Positions 26,355 through 34,973 of a stretch of DNA of 64,000 nucleotides are shown piece after piece. The translations under genes were made by a program, and so were the position numbers. The notes beneath the pieces were generated by a model. That model did not search any database. It was not told the origin of the DNA and saw only the letters and a program-made list of their open reading frames with translations. The stretch comes from Candidatus Aminicenantes bacterium UBA1061 (GTDB lineage: Bacteria; Acidobacteriota; Aminicenantia; Aminicenantales; Saccharicenantaceae). The DNA lies in the NCBI GenBank assembly GCA_002316315.1, contig DCDG01000022.1, positions 66,731-130,730 of the forward strand, read 5' to 3'. How positions within the stretch are numbered: the stretch's first letter is position 1; every line of letters begins with the position of its first letter.

Positions 26355-29042
26355 ATGGAAGAAATCGAAACCCTCGACAAGATATTCAAGCCCCAGCGGA
26401 TTGCTCTGGTTGGAGTCAGCCCAAATCCAAAGAGCGTCAGCGGGAAAATTCTGTCGAACTTAATTACCGGTGGCTATCGCGGGGTTGTCTATCCGGTTAA
26501 TCCAGCCGTCGAAGCAGTGATGGGAATTCCCTGTTTCCCAGAAGTGAAAGGCCTGCCCAAGACTCCAGATTTAGCCGTGATTGCCGCTCCGGCCACTCAG
26601 GTCCCACTGTTAGTTAAAGAATGTGGAGAGGCCGGCATTCTGGGCATCATTATTATTTCTGCCGGTTTTCGGGAGACCGGTCAAGAGGGCCGAGCTCTGG
26701 AAGAAGAAATTCTTGCCCACAAAAAAAACTACCCGGGTATGCGCATTATCGGACCAAATTGCCTTGGGATAATTTCTCCTAATTTCCAACTGAATGCCAG
26801 TTTTGCCGCCGCCATGCCGCTCAAAGGGCATATTGCCTTTATTTCTCAATCAGGGGCTCTTTGCACTTCCATCCTTGACTGGTCGCTGCGGGAAAAAATC
26901 GGCTTTTCTCATTTTGTTTCGATCGGCAATGCTATTGATATTGATTTTGGCGATTTGATTGATTACTTTGGCGAAGACGAAAATACCAGATCTATCCTTC
27001 TCTATATTGAATCAATTGCCAATCCGAAAGCTTTTATGTCCGCTTCCAGGGCTTATGCCAGAACAAAACCGCTGGTGGCCTATAAGGCAGGCCGTTTCCC
27101 CCAATCAGCCCGGGCTGCTTCTTCTCATACAGGTGCCTTGGCTTCAGAAGACGCCATATATGATGCAGCCTTTAAAAGAGCAGGGATAGCCAGGGTGTTT
27201 GAAATAGGTGAGATGTTTGATGTGGCCGAACTTATTGGCCGGCAAAAAATCCCCAAGGGTCCCTGGCTGGCTATTGTCACCAATGCCGGCGGACCGGGCG
27301 TGATGGCTTCAGACACCTTAATTGAAGCTGGCGGTGAACTGGCCGAACTAACTACTCAGACTGTCAAGCATCTCAATGAGATTTTGCCACCCGCCTGGTC
27401 GCATGGTAATCCGGTAGATGTCCTGGGTGATGCCAGATCGAAGACGGTAGCTAAAGCGGTTAAAGCTGTTCTTGATGACCAGCAGACTGACGCTGTCCTT
27501 CTCATCATCACTCCCCAAGCCATGACTAACCCAACAGGCATTGCCAAAGAATTGATACCGGTGGCCTCCGAGACTCCAAAACCGGTGCTGGCCGCTTTTC
27601 TGGGTGGTCCGTCCATGGATCAGGCAGTTAGTTTGCTCAATGAGGCCGGCCTCCCAACTTATGGGACGCCAGAGCAGGCTGTCAGAGCTTTTATGATCCT
27701 GGTCAATTATGCCCGAAATCTGGATAACTTGTATGAAACCCCGCGGGAAATCTCAGTTGAATTCCCGGTCGACAGAGAAAAAATTCGCCAGGAAATTCTT
27801 CCCTTATTAACTCAAGGGTCAGAAATTCTGGATGAGCTAACCTCCAAAAAAATTCTTAAGGCCTACGGATTGGAGACAACCTTGCCCCAGCTGGCCCGGA
27901 CCAAAGAAGAGGCGGTCAAAACAAGCCAGGAAATTGGTTTCCCGGTGGTTTTAAAAATTCACTCTCCTGACATTACCCATAAAAGCGATGTGGGCGGGGT
28001 AGCTCTTGACCTCGAAGATAGCCACATGGTTGAAACCGCTTTTGAACGCCTCCTGGCCACCGTCAAAGAAAGAGCGCCAGAGGCGAGGATAGAGGGTGTT
28101 GCTGTTCAGAAGATGATCAAAAACCAGCCAGCCGTGGAAATGATTCTGGGTAGCAAAAAAGACGAAACTTTCGGGGCAGTCATCATGGTTGGTTCAGGCG
28201 GAATAGCGGCTGAGGTTCTGGGTGATCGCTCACTGTGTTTTCCGCCTTTAAATGAAAGGCTGGCCAGGCGGGCCCTGGAAGAACTAAAAACCTGGCCTTT
28301 GCTTAAAGGCTACCGTGGCCAACCTCCAGTTAATCTGGAAAAATTAATTGAAACCATTATCAGATTTTCTTATTTAGTAGCTGATTATCCAGAAATAAAG
28401 GAGATTGATATCAACCCGTTGCTGGCGAGCCCGGTGGAAGTTATTGCTCTTGATGCCCGGATAATAGTGGATAAGACAGTTCCACCGGAGAAAGCAAAAC
28501 GTTATCAGCATCTGGTTCTAAGACCTTATCCGGAAGAATTTATCCGCAAAGTCAAAATGAGAGACGGCACAGAAATCACGCTGCGACCAATCAGGCCTGA
28601 AGATGAACCAGCCTGGATGGAACTTCTGGGAAGTTGCTCGCAGGAAACAATTTATTCTCGTTTCCGCTATTTCTTTTTCTGGCAGTCGCACGAAGTGGCC
28701 TCAAGATATTGCTATATAGATTATGACCGGGAAATGGCCATTGTGGCTGAGCTGCAGGAAGGAAATAAGCGCCGCCTGCTGGGGATAGGACGCCTGACCG
28801 CTGACCCCAGCCGGTCAGTGGCTGAATATGCTGTGCTTGTTCAGGATGACTGGCAGAACAAAGGACTGGGAGGATTGCTAACCGACTACTGCACCGAGAT
28901 CGCCCGGGCCTGGGGTGTAAAAAAAATCATCGCCTACACCACGACTGACAACCCGCGGATGATAGCTGTCTTTAAAAGGCGCAATTTTGACATCCGCCTT
29001 GACCCGGTCTCAAGTCTGGTCGAAATTCAAAAGAATCTTTAG
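26355..29042 (+). CDS. pat: Protein lysine acetyltransferase Pat-type: NDP-forming acyl-CoA synthetase-like domains (CoA-binding, ligase-CoA, ATP-grasp) fused to a C-terminal GNAT acetyltransferase.
   Basis: 895 aa. The N-terminal CoA-binding Rossmann and succinyl-CoA-synthetase-like flavodoxin domain is followed by an ATP-grasp region. The C-terminal GNAT motifs (AVLVQDDWQNKGLGGLL) match the Pat/YfiQ architecture. Confidence 0.8.
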   Translation: MEEIETLDKIFKPQRIALVGVSPNPKSVSGKILSNLITGGYRGVVYPVNPAVEAVMGIPCFPEVKGLPKTPDLAVIAAPATQVPLLVKECGEAGILGIIIISAGFRETGQEGRALEEEILAHKKNYPGMRIIGPNCLGIISPNFQLNASFAAAMPLKGHIAFISQSGALCTSILDWSLREKIGFSHFVSIGNAIDIDFGDLIDYFGEDENTRSILLYIESIANPKAFMSASRAYARTKPLVAYKAGRFPQSARAASSHTGALASEDAIYDAAFKRAGIARVFEIGEMFDVAELIGRQKIPKGPWLAIVTNAGGPGVMASDTLIEAGGELAELTTQTVKHLNEILPPAWSHGNPVDVLGDARSKTVAKAVKAVLDDQQTDAVLLIITPQAMTNPTGIAKELIPVASETPKPVLAAFLGGPSMDQAVSLLNEAGLPTYGTPEQAVRAFMILVNYARNLDNLYETPREISVEFPVDREKIRQEILPLLTQGSEILDELTSKKILKAYGLETTLPQLARTKEEAVKTSQEIGFPVVLKIHSPDITHKSDVGGVALDLEDSHMVETAFERLLATVKERAPEARIEGVAVQKMIKNQPAVEMILGSKKDETFGAVIMVGSGGIAAEVLGDRSLCFPPLNERLARRALEELKTWPLLKGYRGQPPVNLEKLIETIIRFSYLVADYPEIKEIDINPLLASPVEVIALDARIIVDKTVPPEKAKRYQHLVLRPYPEEFIRKVKMRDGTEITLRPIRPEDEPAWMELLGSCSQETIYSRFRYFFFWQSHEVASRYCYIDYDREMAIVAELQEGNKRRLLGIGRLTADPSRSVAEYAVLVQDDWQNKGLGGLLTDYCTEIARAWGVKKIIAYTTTDNPRMIAVFKRRNFDIRLDPVSSLVEIQKNL

Positions 29043-29172
29043 TTGCCTGATTTTCATTGCCTGAAGATCCTATCTGTTTATTTTAAAGCAGCGATTTTGC
29101 CAGAATTTCCAAACTAAAAAACTTTATCAGAGTTAGACTCGACTCAATTTATTTGTTATAAATAGCTTCATT

Positions 29173-30438
29173 ATGAACAGTAAAACAAGCAAGGGAAACC
29201 AGCGCCGGCTTTTATCCTTCCTTCTTTTAACTTTTTGCTTCATTTCTTTTCAGGCTTTTGATCTGCCGGCAGAAGAAAAGGAAAATATTTCTCTGACCTT
29301 TAGTGGCTATATCAAAACCGATATTATTTATGATACCAGACAGACAGTTAACCTGAGAGAAGGGCATTTCTTGCTTTTTCCTCAGGACAGGCTCCTTGAT
29401 CCGGCCGGGCGTGATCTTAACGCTAAAGATACTTTTCATATTCTGCCGATTCAAACCAGACTGGCTCTAAAGATCAACGGTCCACAAGCCCTGGGAGCTA
29501 AAACTTCAGGTTATATCGAAGCGGAATTTTTCGGCATGTCCGATGCCGATATCAATGGCTTCAGGCTGAGGCATGCTTATCTTAAATTAAACTGGAAGAA
29601 GACAGAACTGCTGGTGGGCCAATTCTGGCACCCGATGTTCATCAGCGACAGCTATCCTGAGGTTGTTTCTTTTAATACTGGCGCCCCTTTTGAGCCATTT
29701 TCGCGAGCACCGCAGATCAGTGTTACCTGGAGGCCAGAGCCGGCCTTGTCTTTTTCTTTAACCGCCCTTTCGCAGAGAGATTTCGCCTCGACTGGACCGG
29801 CTGGAGTAAGTACCTCCTATTTCAGGAATGCCGCCTGTCCTGAACTTGATTTTAAAGCAGCCTATAGCCAGAAGAATTTCCTGGCCGGGGCTGGAATCAA
29901 TGTGCTTAAAATTGTGCCGCGACTGGCTACTGAGACCGGTTACCAGGCGAATGAATCTCTGACCTCGCTGGCTGGCTATGCTTTTGGCCAGCTCAAAACG
30001 AAGCCCGTGACCATAAAGGCCGAAGGTGTCTATGGAGGCAATCTTCATCATCTGACCATGCTGGGTGGTTATGCTGTCTCCAAAATAGTTGATCCTATAA
30101 CCGCTCAACGCGATTATTCCCCAATTAATACTGCTTCCGGCTGGATTGATATCCAGACTAACGGAGAAAAATGGCAGCTTGGGCTATTCTCAGGCTATAG
30201 CCAGAACTCAGGAGCCAGAGGCGATATCGTCGGTCCTGTTTACAGCCGCGGCGAGACTATTGACCACCTTGTCCGAATTACTCCACGTTTTGTTTTTAAT
30301 GCGGGGAAGGTTCGATTAGCTCAAGAAATAGAATTGACTTCTGCCGCCTACGGTTCGCTTGACAGCCGTGGGCGGGTCAACGAACAAAGAACCGTCACCA
30401 ACCTCCGTTTTCTTTCGGCCGTCTATTATTTCTTCTGA
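29173..30438 (+). CDS. Putative outer-membrane β-barrel protein (porin-like), hypothetical.
   Basis: Signal peptide LLSFLLLTFCFISFQA. Amphipathic β-strand patterning throughout. C-terminal aromatic terminus AVYYFF is typical of OMP β-signals. Confidence 0.55.
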   Translation: MNSKTSKGNQRRLLSFLLLTFCFISFQAFDLPAEEKENISLTFSGYIKTDIIYDTRQTVNLREGHFLLFPQDRLLDPAGRDLNAKDTFHILPIQTRLALKINGPQALGAKTSGYIEAEFFGMSDADINGFRLRHAYLKLNWKKTELLVGQFWHPMFISDSYPEVVSFNTGAPFEPFSRAPQISVTWRPEPALSFSLTALSQRDFASTGPAGVSTSYFRNAACPELDFKAAYSQKNFLAGAGINVLKIVPRLATETGYQANESLTSLAGYAFGQLKTKPVTIKAEGVYGGNLHHLTMLGGYAVSKIVDPITAQRDYSPINTASGWIDIQTNGEKWQLGLFSGYSQNSGARGDIVGPVYSRGETIDHLVRITPRFVFNAGKVRLAQEIELTSAAYGSLDSRGRVNEQRTVTNLRFLSAVYYFF

Positions 30439-30471
30439 AGTATTTTTGCCGGCAAAAAAACAAAGAGCTGG

Positions 30472-31719
30472 CTACAGGCCGTATTTGTCGATGATTTCCT
30501 GTTTCGTTTTGTGGAGAATATCAAATTTCTTGCCGACTTTGATGAAAGCCTCCAGAGCTTTGTCCAGGTGATGAAGTTCATGAGCGGCAGAGATCTGAGT
30601 TCTGATTCTGGCCTGACCCTGAGGAACAACCGGGAAGAAAAAGCCGATGGCATAAATTCCCTCATCATAAAGAGCAATAGAAAAATCCTGGGCCAGTTTG
30701 GCATTATAGAGCATGATGGGGACAATCGGCGTGTCACCTTCCTTCAGAATAAAGCCAGCTTCAGTCAGGCCCTTCCTCCAGTAATCAGTATTTTTCTCCA
30801 GTTTGTCCCGCCGCTCGGTAGTGGCAGAGAGAATCTCCAGGACTCTTAACACACCTGCAATAATCATAGGAGCAACTGTATTGGAGAAAAGATAAGGCCG
30901 GGCTTTCTGACGGCACATCTCGACCAGCTCTTTCCGGCCAGACACGCAGCCACCTGTCGCTCCGCCGAGTGCTTTGCCAAATGTGGTCGTGATGACATCA
31001 ACTTTGCCCATCACCCCAAACTTCTCATGTGTCCCACGCCCCGTTTTCCCGATAAAACCAGTGGCATGCGAGTCATCAACCAGGAGCATAGCATTGTATT
31101 TCTCGCAGAGCTCGACCATCCTGTCCAGCTTGGCCGCATCACCATCCATGGAGAACACACCGTCCGTGACCACCAGTCTCAACCTCTTGTCCTGGTACAT
31201 CTGGAGCTTCTGCCCGAGGTGATCCATATCAGAGTGCTTGTAAGTGTCATTCATGGCACTGCACAGCCTGATGCCATCAATCAGTGAGGCGTGGACCAAT
31301 CTATCTGAGATAATTACATCCTCTTTGGTCAGGATAGCTTCAAACACGCCGGCATTAGCATCCATGCAGGAAGGAAAAAGAATCGTGTCCTCGGTTCTGA
31401 GAAATTCAGTTACCTTTTCTTCGAGCTGCCGATGAATATCCTGCGTGCCACAGATAAAGCGCACCGAAGACAGGCCAAAGCCCCGTCTGTCGAGCCCTTC
31501 ATGGGCAGCTTTAATGACCTCTGGATGACTCGACAGCCCCAGATAATTATTGGCGCACATATTGATGACTTTTTTCAAAGGCGCCCCGGCTGGAAACTCC
31601 ACTTCAATCTCGGCCGCCTGGGTCGAATGGATAGATCTCTCTTCCTTTAATATACCAGCTGCCTGCAGGGCCTCGAGCTGATCCTGGTATAGCTTTCTAA
31701 CCTCGTTAGGATAAGCCAT
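30472..31719 (-). CDS. α-Oxoamine synthase family PLP enzyme (serine palmitoyltransferase / 2-amino-3-ketobutyrate CoA ligase / BioF-like).
   Basis: 415 aa. Class II aminotransferase fold with PLP-lysine motif TTFGKALGG, the DDSHATGFIG pyridoxal anchoring block, and the LVVTDGVFSMDGD motif. Last gene of the acpS-ligase-ACP operon. Confidence 0.85.
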   Translation of the reverse strand: MAYPNEVRKLYQDQLEALQAAGILKEERSIHSTQAAEIEVEFPAGAPLKKVINMCANNYLGLSSHPEVIKAAHEGLDRRGFGLSSVRFICGTQDIHRQLEEKVTEFLRTEDTILFPSCMDANAGVFEAILTKEDVIISDRLVHASLIDGIRLCSAMNDTYKHSDMDHLGQKLQMYQDKRLRLVVTDGVFSMDGDAAKLDRMVELCEKYNAMLLVDDSHATGFIGKTGRGTHEKFGVMGKVDVITTTFGKALGGATGGCVSGRKELVEMCRQKARPYLFSNTVAPMIIAGVLRVLEILSATTERRDKLEKNTDYWRKGLTEAGFILKEGDTPIVPIMLYNAKLAQDFSIALYDEGIYAIGFFFPVVPQGQARIRTQISAAHELHHLDKALEAFIKVGKKFDILHKTKQEIIDKYGL

Positions 31720-31786
31720 GATTTTTTCCTCCTATTATTAAAAAGTCTGCCGGGCAAAGGCAAGCAACTCACCGGGCTGGCCAATC

Positions 31787-32035
31787 TTAACCTTTTACAA
31801 ATTCTTTGACCAACTCGGCGATTTTATTAACCGAGTCAAATGCCTCAGGCGTAGCTTTTTCATCAGGAATTTGAATCTGGTATTTATTCTCCAGAAACCT
31901 CTTGAGGGAAACCATCGAGAAGGAATCAACTATACCGCCAGAAATAAGCGGGGTTTCATAGTCAATTGGGTCGCTATCTGGTTCTAAATATTCATCGGTT
32001 ACATAATTTTTAATGACTTCCTTGAGTTCGTCCAT
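31787..32035 (-). CDS. Acyl carrier protein (dedicated ACP, not the FAS AcpP).
   Basis: 82 aa, acidic. The phosphopantetheine-attachment motif GGIVDSFSMVSL has a conserved Ser in the D-S-F context. It lies between the ligase and the α-oxoamine synthase. Confidence 0.75.
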   Translation of the reverse strand: MDELKEVIKNYVTDEYLEPDSDPIDYETPLISGGIVDSFSMVSLKRFLENKYQIQIPDEKATPEAFDSVNKIAELVKEFVKG

Positions 32036-32092
32036 GTTGTTGCTCCTTTTTTATTTTTGTCTTTTTATTAGATATTTTCAACCTTATTTTAT

Positions 32093-33796
32093 TTAATCAT
32101 TTTCCAGCGTCGAGGTATCACCAGCTTCTTCACCCCATTCTTTGGCATGGAGAATCCGGCGCATGATCTTACCGCTTCTGGTTTTGGGCAGCGTGTTAAC
32201 AAACTCGATTTCCTGGGGCATAGCCAAAGGTGAAAGTTTCTTGCGGATATAGTTCATGATATCAAGTTCAATATCCTTAGAAGGGCTATGGCCTGGCTTT
32301 AAGGTCACAAAGGCTTTAACCACTTCCATATTGATTGGATCAGGCTTACTGACCACGGCCGACTCTGCCACGGCCTGATGCTCGAGAAGAGCCGATTCAA
32401 CTTCAAATGGGCTGACCAGGTGGCCGCCCGTATTGATGATATCGTCATCCCGGCCAACAAACCAGAAATAGCCGTCGCTGTCAAGACGGGCCCGGTCTCC
32501 GGTCAGATACCAGCCATTATGAAATTTATTTTTATAGGCTTCTTCATTTTTCCAGTAGCCTCTCATCATGGAAGGCCAGCCAGGTTTTATTCCGATTAAC
32601 CCTATTTTCCCCGGATGAGGATAGGGCTCATAAGTATTTGGATTCAAGATCGTGGCCGTTATGCCTGGAAAGGCACGTCCCATTGAACCAGGTTTAACCG
32701 TCATGCCCGGAAAATTAGTAATCAGGATGCAGCCCGTTTCGGTCTGCCAGTAAGTATCATGAAATGGTTTCCCAAAGACTCTAATGGACCAGTTAACCGC
32801 CTCAGGATTGAGAGGCTCACCCACACTGGCCAGATGACGAAGTAAAGATAGGTTAAATTTTTTAATGATTTCATCTCCGGCTTTCATCAGTGACCTGATG
32901 GCCGTCGGTGCCGAATACCAGACGGTGATTTTATTATTCTCAATAAAGCGATACCAGGCCTCAGCCGAAAAACCGCTGTCCAGGACACATTGCGTCACCC
33001 CCAGGCTGAAGGGAGCAATTATTCCATAGGAAGTTCCCGTTACCCAGCCGGGATCAGCCGTGCACCAGTAGATATCATCATCTCTGAGATCCAGCACCCA
33101 TTTAGCCGTCAGATACTGAGAAATCAAGGAATAATGAACATGCTGAACTCCCTTGGGCATCCCCGTTGTCCCCGAAGTATAGTGAAGGACGGATGGCGAT
33201 TCAGCATAGGTTGGATAAATATCATAATCCTCGACTCCGCCCAGAGCCTCCATAGAAAAAGCTGTTTCCCTTTCCTGAAGCGGGCTTCGGCCATCATAGT
33301 CGACAATAAAAATATGCTGGAGAGAGGGCAACTTATCTTTGATTTTTCTGACCTTGGCTACATGCTTCTTTTGAGTAAAGATAGCCGCGGTCTGAGCATT
33401 TTCCAGCCTGACAAAAAGTGAATCTTCGCCAAAAGCTGAGAAAAGAGGCTGAGCAATAGCCCCTGTCTTCAGGATACCCACAAAGCCAATATAAAGCTCT
33501 GGTATTCTATCCATAAAGAGGCAGACCCGGTCGCCAGCCTTCAGGCCCGAATCGGTTAGGAAACGGGCAAAAGTATTGGAATAGCGCCTGAGATCGTTGT
33601 AGGTATAGATCTTTTTTTCTGCACTGAAGCCTTCCCAGATAAGGGCTATCTTGTCAGCTTTACCCTGCTGGCAAACACGGTCGGAGCAGTACCAGCCGAT
33701 ATTAATCGGCTGACCTGGCTGATAGCCGAGTTCCTGCTCGCTTAGCGACCAGGAAAAATTTTTAGTCCGCTCTTCATAGTTTCCAAAGTTGGACAT
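32093..33796 (-). CDS. AMP-forming acyl-CoA/acyl-ACP synthetase of the acetyl-CoA-synthetase-like subfamily.
   Basis: 567 aa. Adenylation motifs YTSGTTGMPKGV, YWQTETG, WYLTGD, GRDDDIINTGGHLVSPFEVESAL, and the C-terminal PKTRSGKIMRRIL all match the Acs family. Confidence 0.85.
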   Translation of the reverse strand: MSNFGNYEERTKNFSWSLSEQELGYQPGQPINIGWYCSDRVCQQGKADKIALIWEGFSAEKKIYTYNDLRRYSNTFARFLTDSGLKAGDRVCLFMDRIPELYIGFVGILKTGAIAQPLFSAFGEDSLFVRLENAQTAAIFTQKKHVAKVRKIKDKLPSLQHIFIVDYDGRSPLQERETAFSMEALGGVEDYDIYPTYAESPSVLHYTSGTTGMPKGVQHVHYSLISQYLTAKWVLDLRDDDIYWCTADPGWVTGTSYGIIAPFSLGVTQCVLDSGFSAEAWYRFIENNKITVWYSAPTAIRSLMKAGDEIIKKFNLSLLRHLASVGEPLNPEAVNWSIRVFGKPFHDTYWQTETGCILITNFPGMTVKPGSMGRAFPGITATILNPNTYEPYPHPGKIGLIGIKPGWPSMMRGYWKNEEAYKNKFHNGWYLTGDRARLDSDGYFWFVGRDDDIINTGGHLVSPFEVESALLEHQAVAESAVVSKPDPINMEVVKAFVTLKPGHSPSKDIELDIMNYIRKKLSPLAMPQEIEFVNTLPKTRSGKIMRRILHAKEWGEEAGDTSTLEND

Positions 33797-33810
33797 CTTC
33801 CCTCCAGTTT

Positions 33811-34185
33811 TTATTTTTCCAAAATGACCGTAGCTATGGCCAGCGTCCTGAGATGTGATAAGCTGACATAAAAGTGGCCGATACCTTCGGCCTGACAGAA
33901 TTCCTTAGCCTGACCATAAACCTCAATAACTGGTTGACCTGATTCCAGATTATGGATTTCTATTTCAGAAAATTTAACCCCGCGACTCCAGCCGGTGCCG
34001 AGAGCTTTCATAAAAGCCTCTTTGGCGGCAAAGCGGGCAGCATAATGCTGGAAAGCAAACTTTTTACTCTCGCAGTAGCCAATCTCAACGGGGGTATAAA
34101 GCTTTTCTTTAAGCCCCGGAGTTCTGGTTAGCTTATCCTCGATTCTCGCCACCTCAATGATGTCTACGCCTACCCCAAAAATCAA
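33811..34185 (-). CDS. acpS: Holo-ACP synthase (4'-phosphopantetheinyl transferase, AcpS type).
   Basis: 124 aa. Begins IFGVGVDIIEVARIE (the G.D..E motif). FAAKEA and the WS.G block are typical of AcpS. Confidence 0.8.
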   Translation of the reverse strand: MIFGVGVDIIEVARIEDKLTRTPGLKEKLYTPVEIGYCESKKFAFQHYAARFAAKEAFMKALGTGWSRGVKFSEIEIHNLESGQPVIEVYGQAKEFCQAEGIGHFYVSLSHLRTLAIATVILEK

Positions 34186-34308
34186 TGGCCCTCCTGATTT
34201 TCAATCAACCTCTTTGAGCTTCTCCTGCCTCTTTTTCTCTCCTCTTCAGTCCTTCCAGTCAAAAAAATATTATAGAAAAAACCGCGGCAAAGTCAAAAGG
34301 TGCGGCTA

Positions 34309-34875
34309 TCATGCCTGTCCCAGATGATCAAAAAGTATTTTGAACCCAATGAAAACCAAAACCAGGCCTCCAAACAGCTCTGCTCGGCGCCCCAGAACCT
34401 GGCCCAGGGCCGGGCCTAACCGGCTGCCAATGACAGTCAGGGTGAAAGCTGTAAGACCGATAACCAGGCTGGCCAGCCAGACATTGAGGCCAATGACCGG
34501 CAGGCTAAGACCACAAGCCAGCGCATCGAGGCTGGTAGCCACGGACAGGACCAGAAGTGGCCATCCCCGAGTTAAATCTTTACCGTTATATTTTTTGTCT
34601 CGGGACCAAAAAGATTCTAGAGCCATTCTTCCACCGATAAGGACCAGCAAGCCAAAAGCTATCCAGTGATCATAGCGGGAAATTAATTTTAGCAGATGCT
34701 CGCCAATTAACCAGCCGACAACAGGCATCAGAAACTGGAAAAAACCAAAATAAGAGGCCAGGCGAAAAGCCTGCCTGGTCTTCAAACCTGAAAGGGAGCA
34801 GGATAATCCAACGGTCACGGCGAAAGCATCAACAGCCAGAGCCAGGGCCAGACCGAGTAGAATAATGACTTTCAT
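34309..34875 (-). CDS. mntP: Putative manganese efflux pump, MntP/YebN family.
   Basis: 188 aa with 6 TM helices. N-terminal LALALAVDAFAVTVGLS and a repeated DA motif in the second half (TSLDALACGLSL), the signature of the MntP (DUF204) family. Confidence 0.65.
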   Translation of the reverse strand: MKVIILLGLALALAVDAFAVTVGLSCSLSGLKTRQAFRLASYFGFFQFLMPVVGWLIGEHLLKLISRYDHWIAFGLLVLIGGRMALESFWSRDKKYNGKDLTRGWPLLVLSVATSLDALACGLSLPVIGLNVWLASLVIGLTAFTLTVIGSRLGPALGQVLGRRAELFGGLVLVFIGFKILFDHLGQA

Positions 34876-34973
34876 AATTCTAAGATTCTATCATAGCTTG
34901 AGCTAATTTTCTCTCCAGGATTACAGCCAGCAGGCTTACCATCTCAGCTTTTTCAGAGTATAATTTTTTTTAT

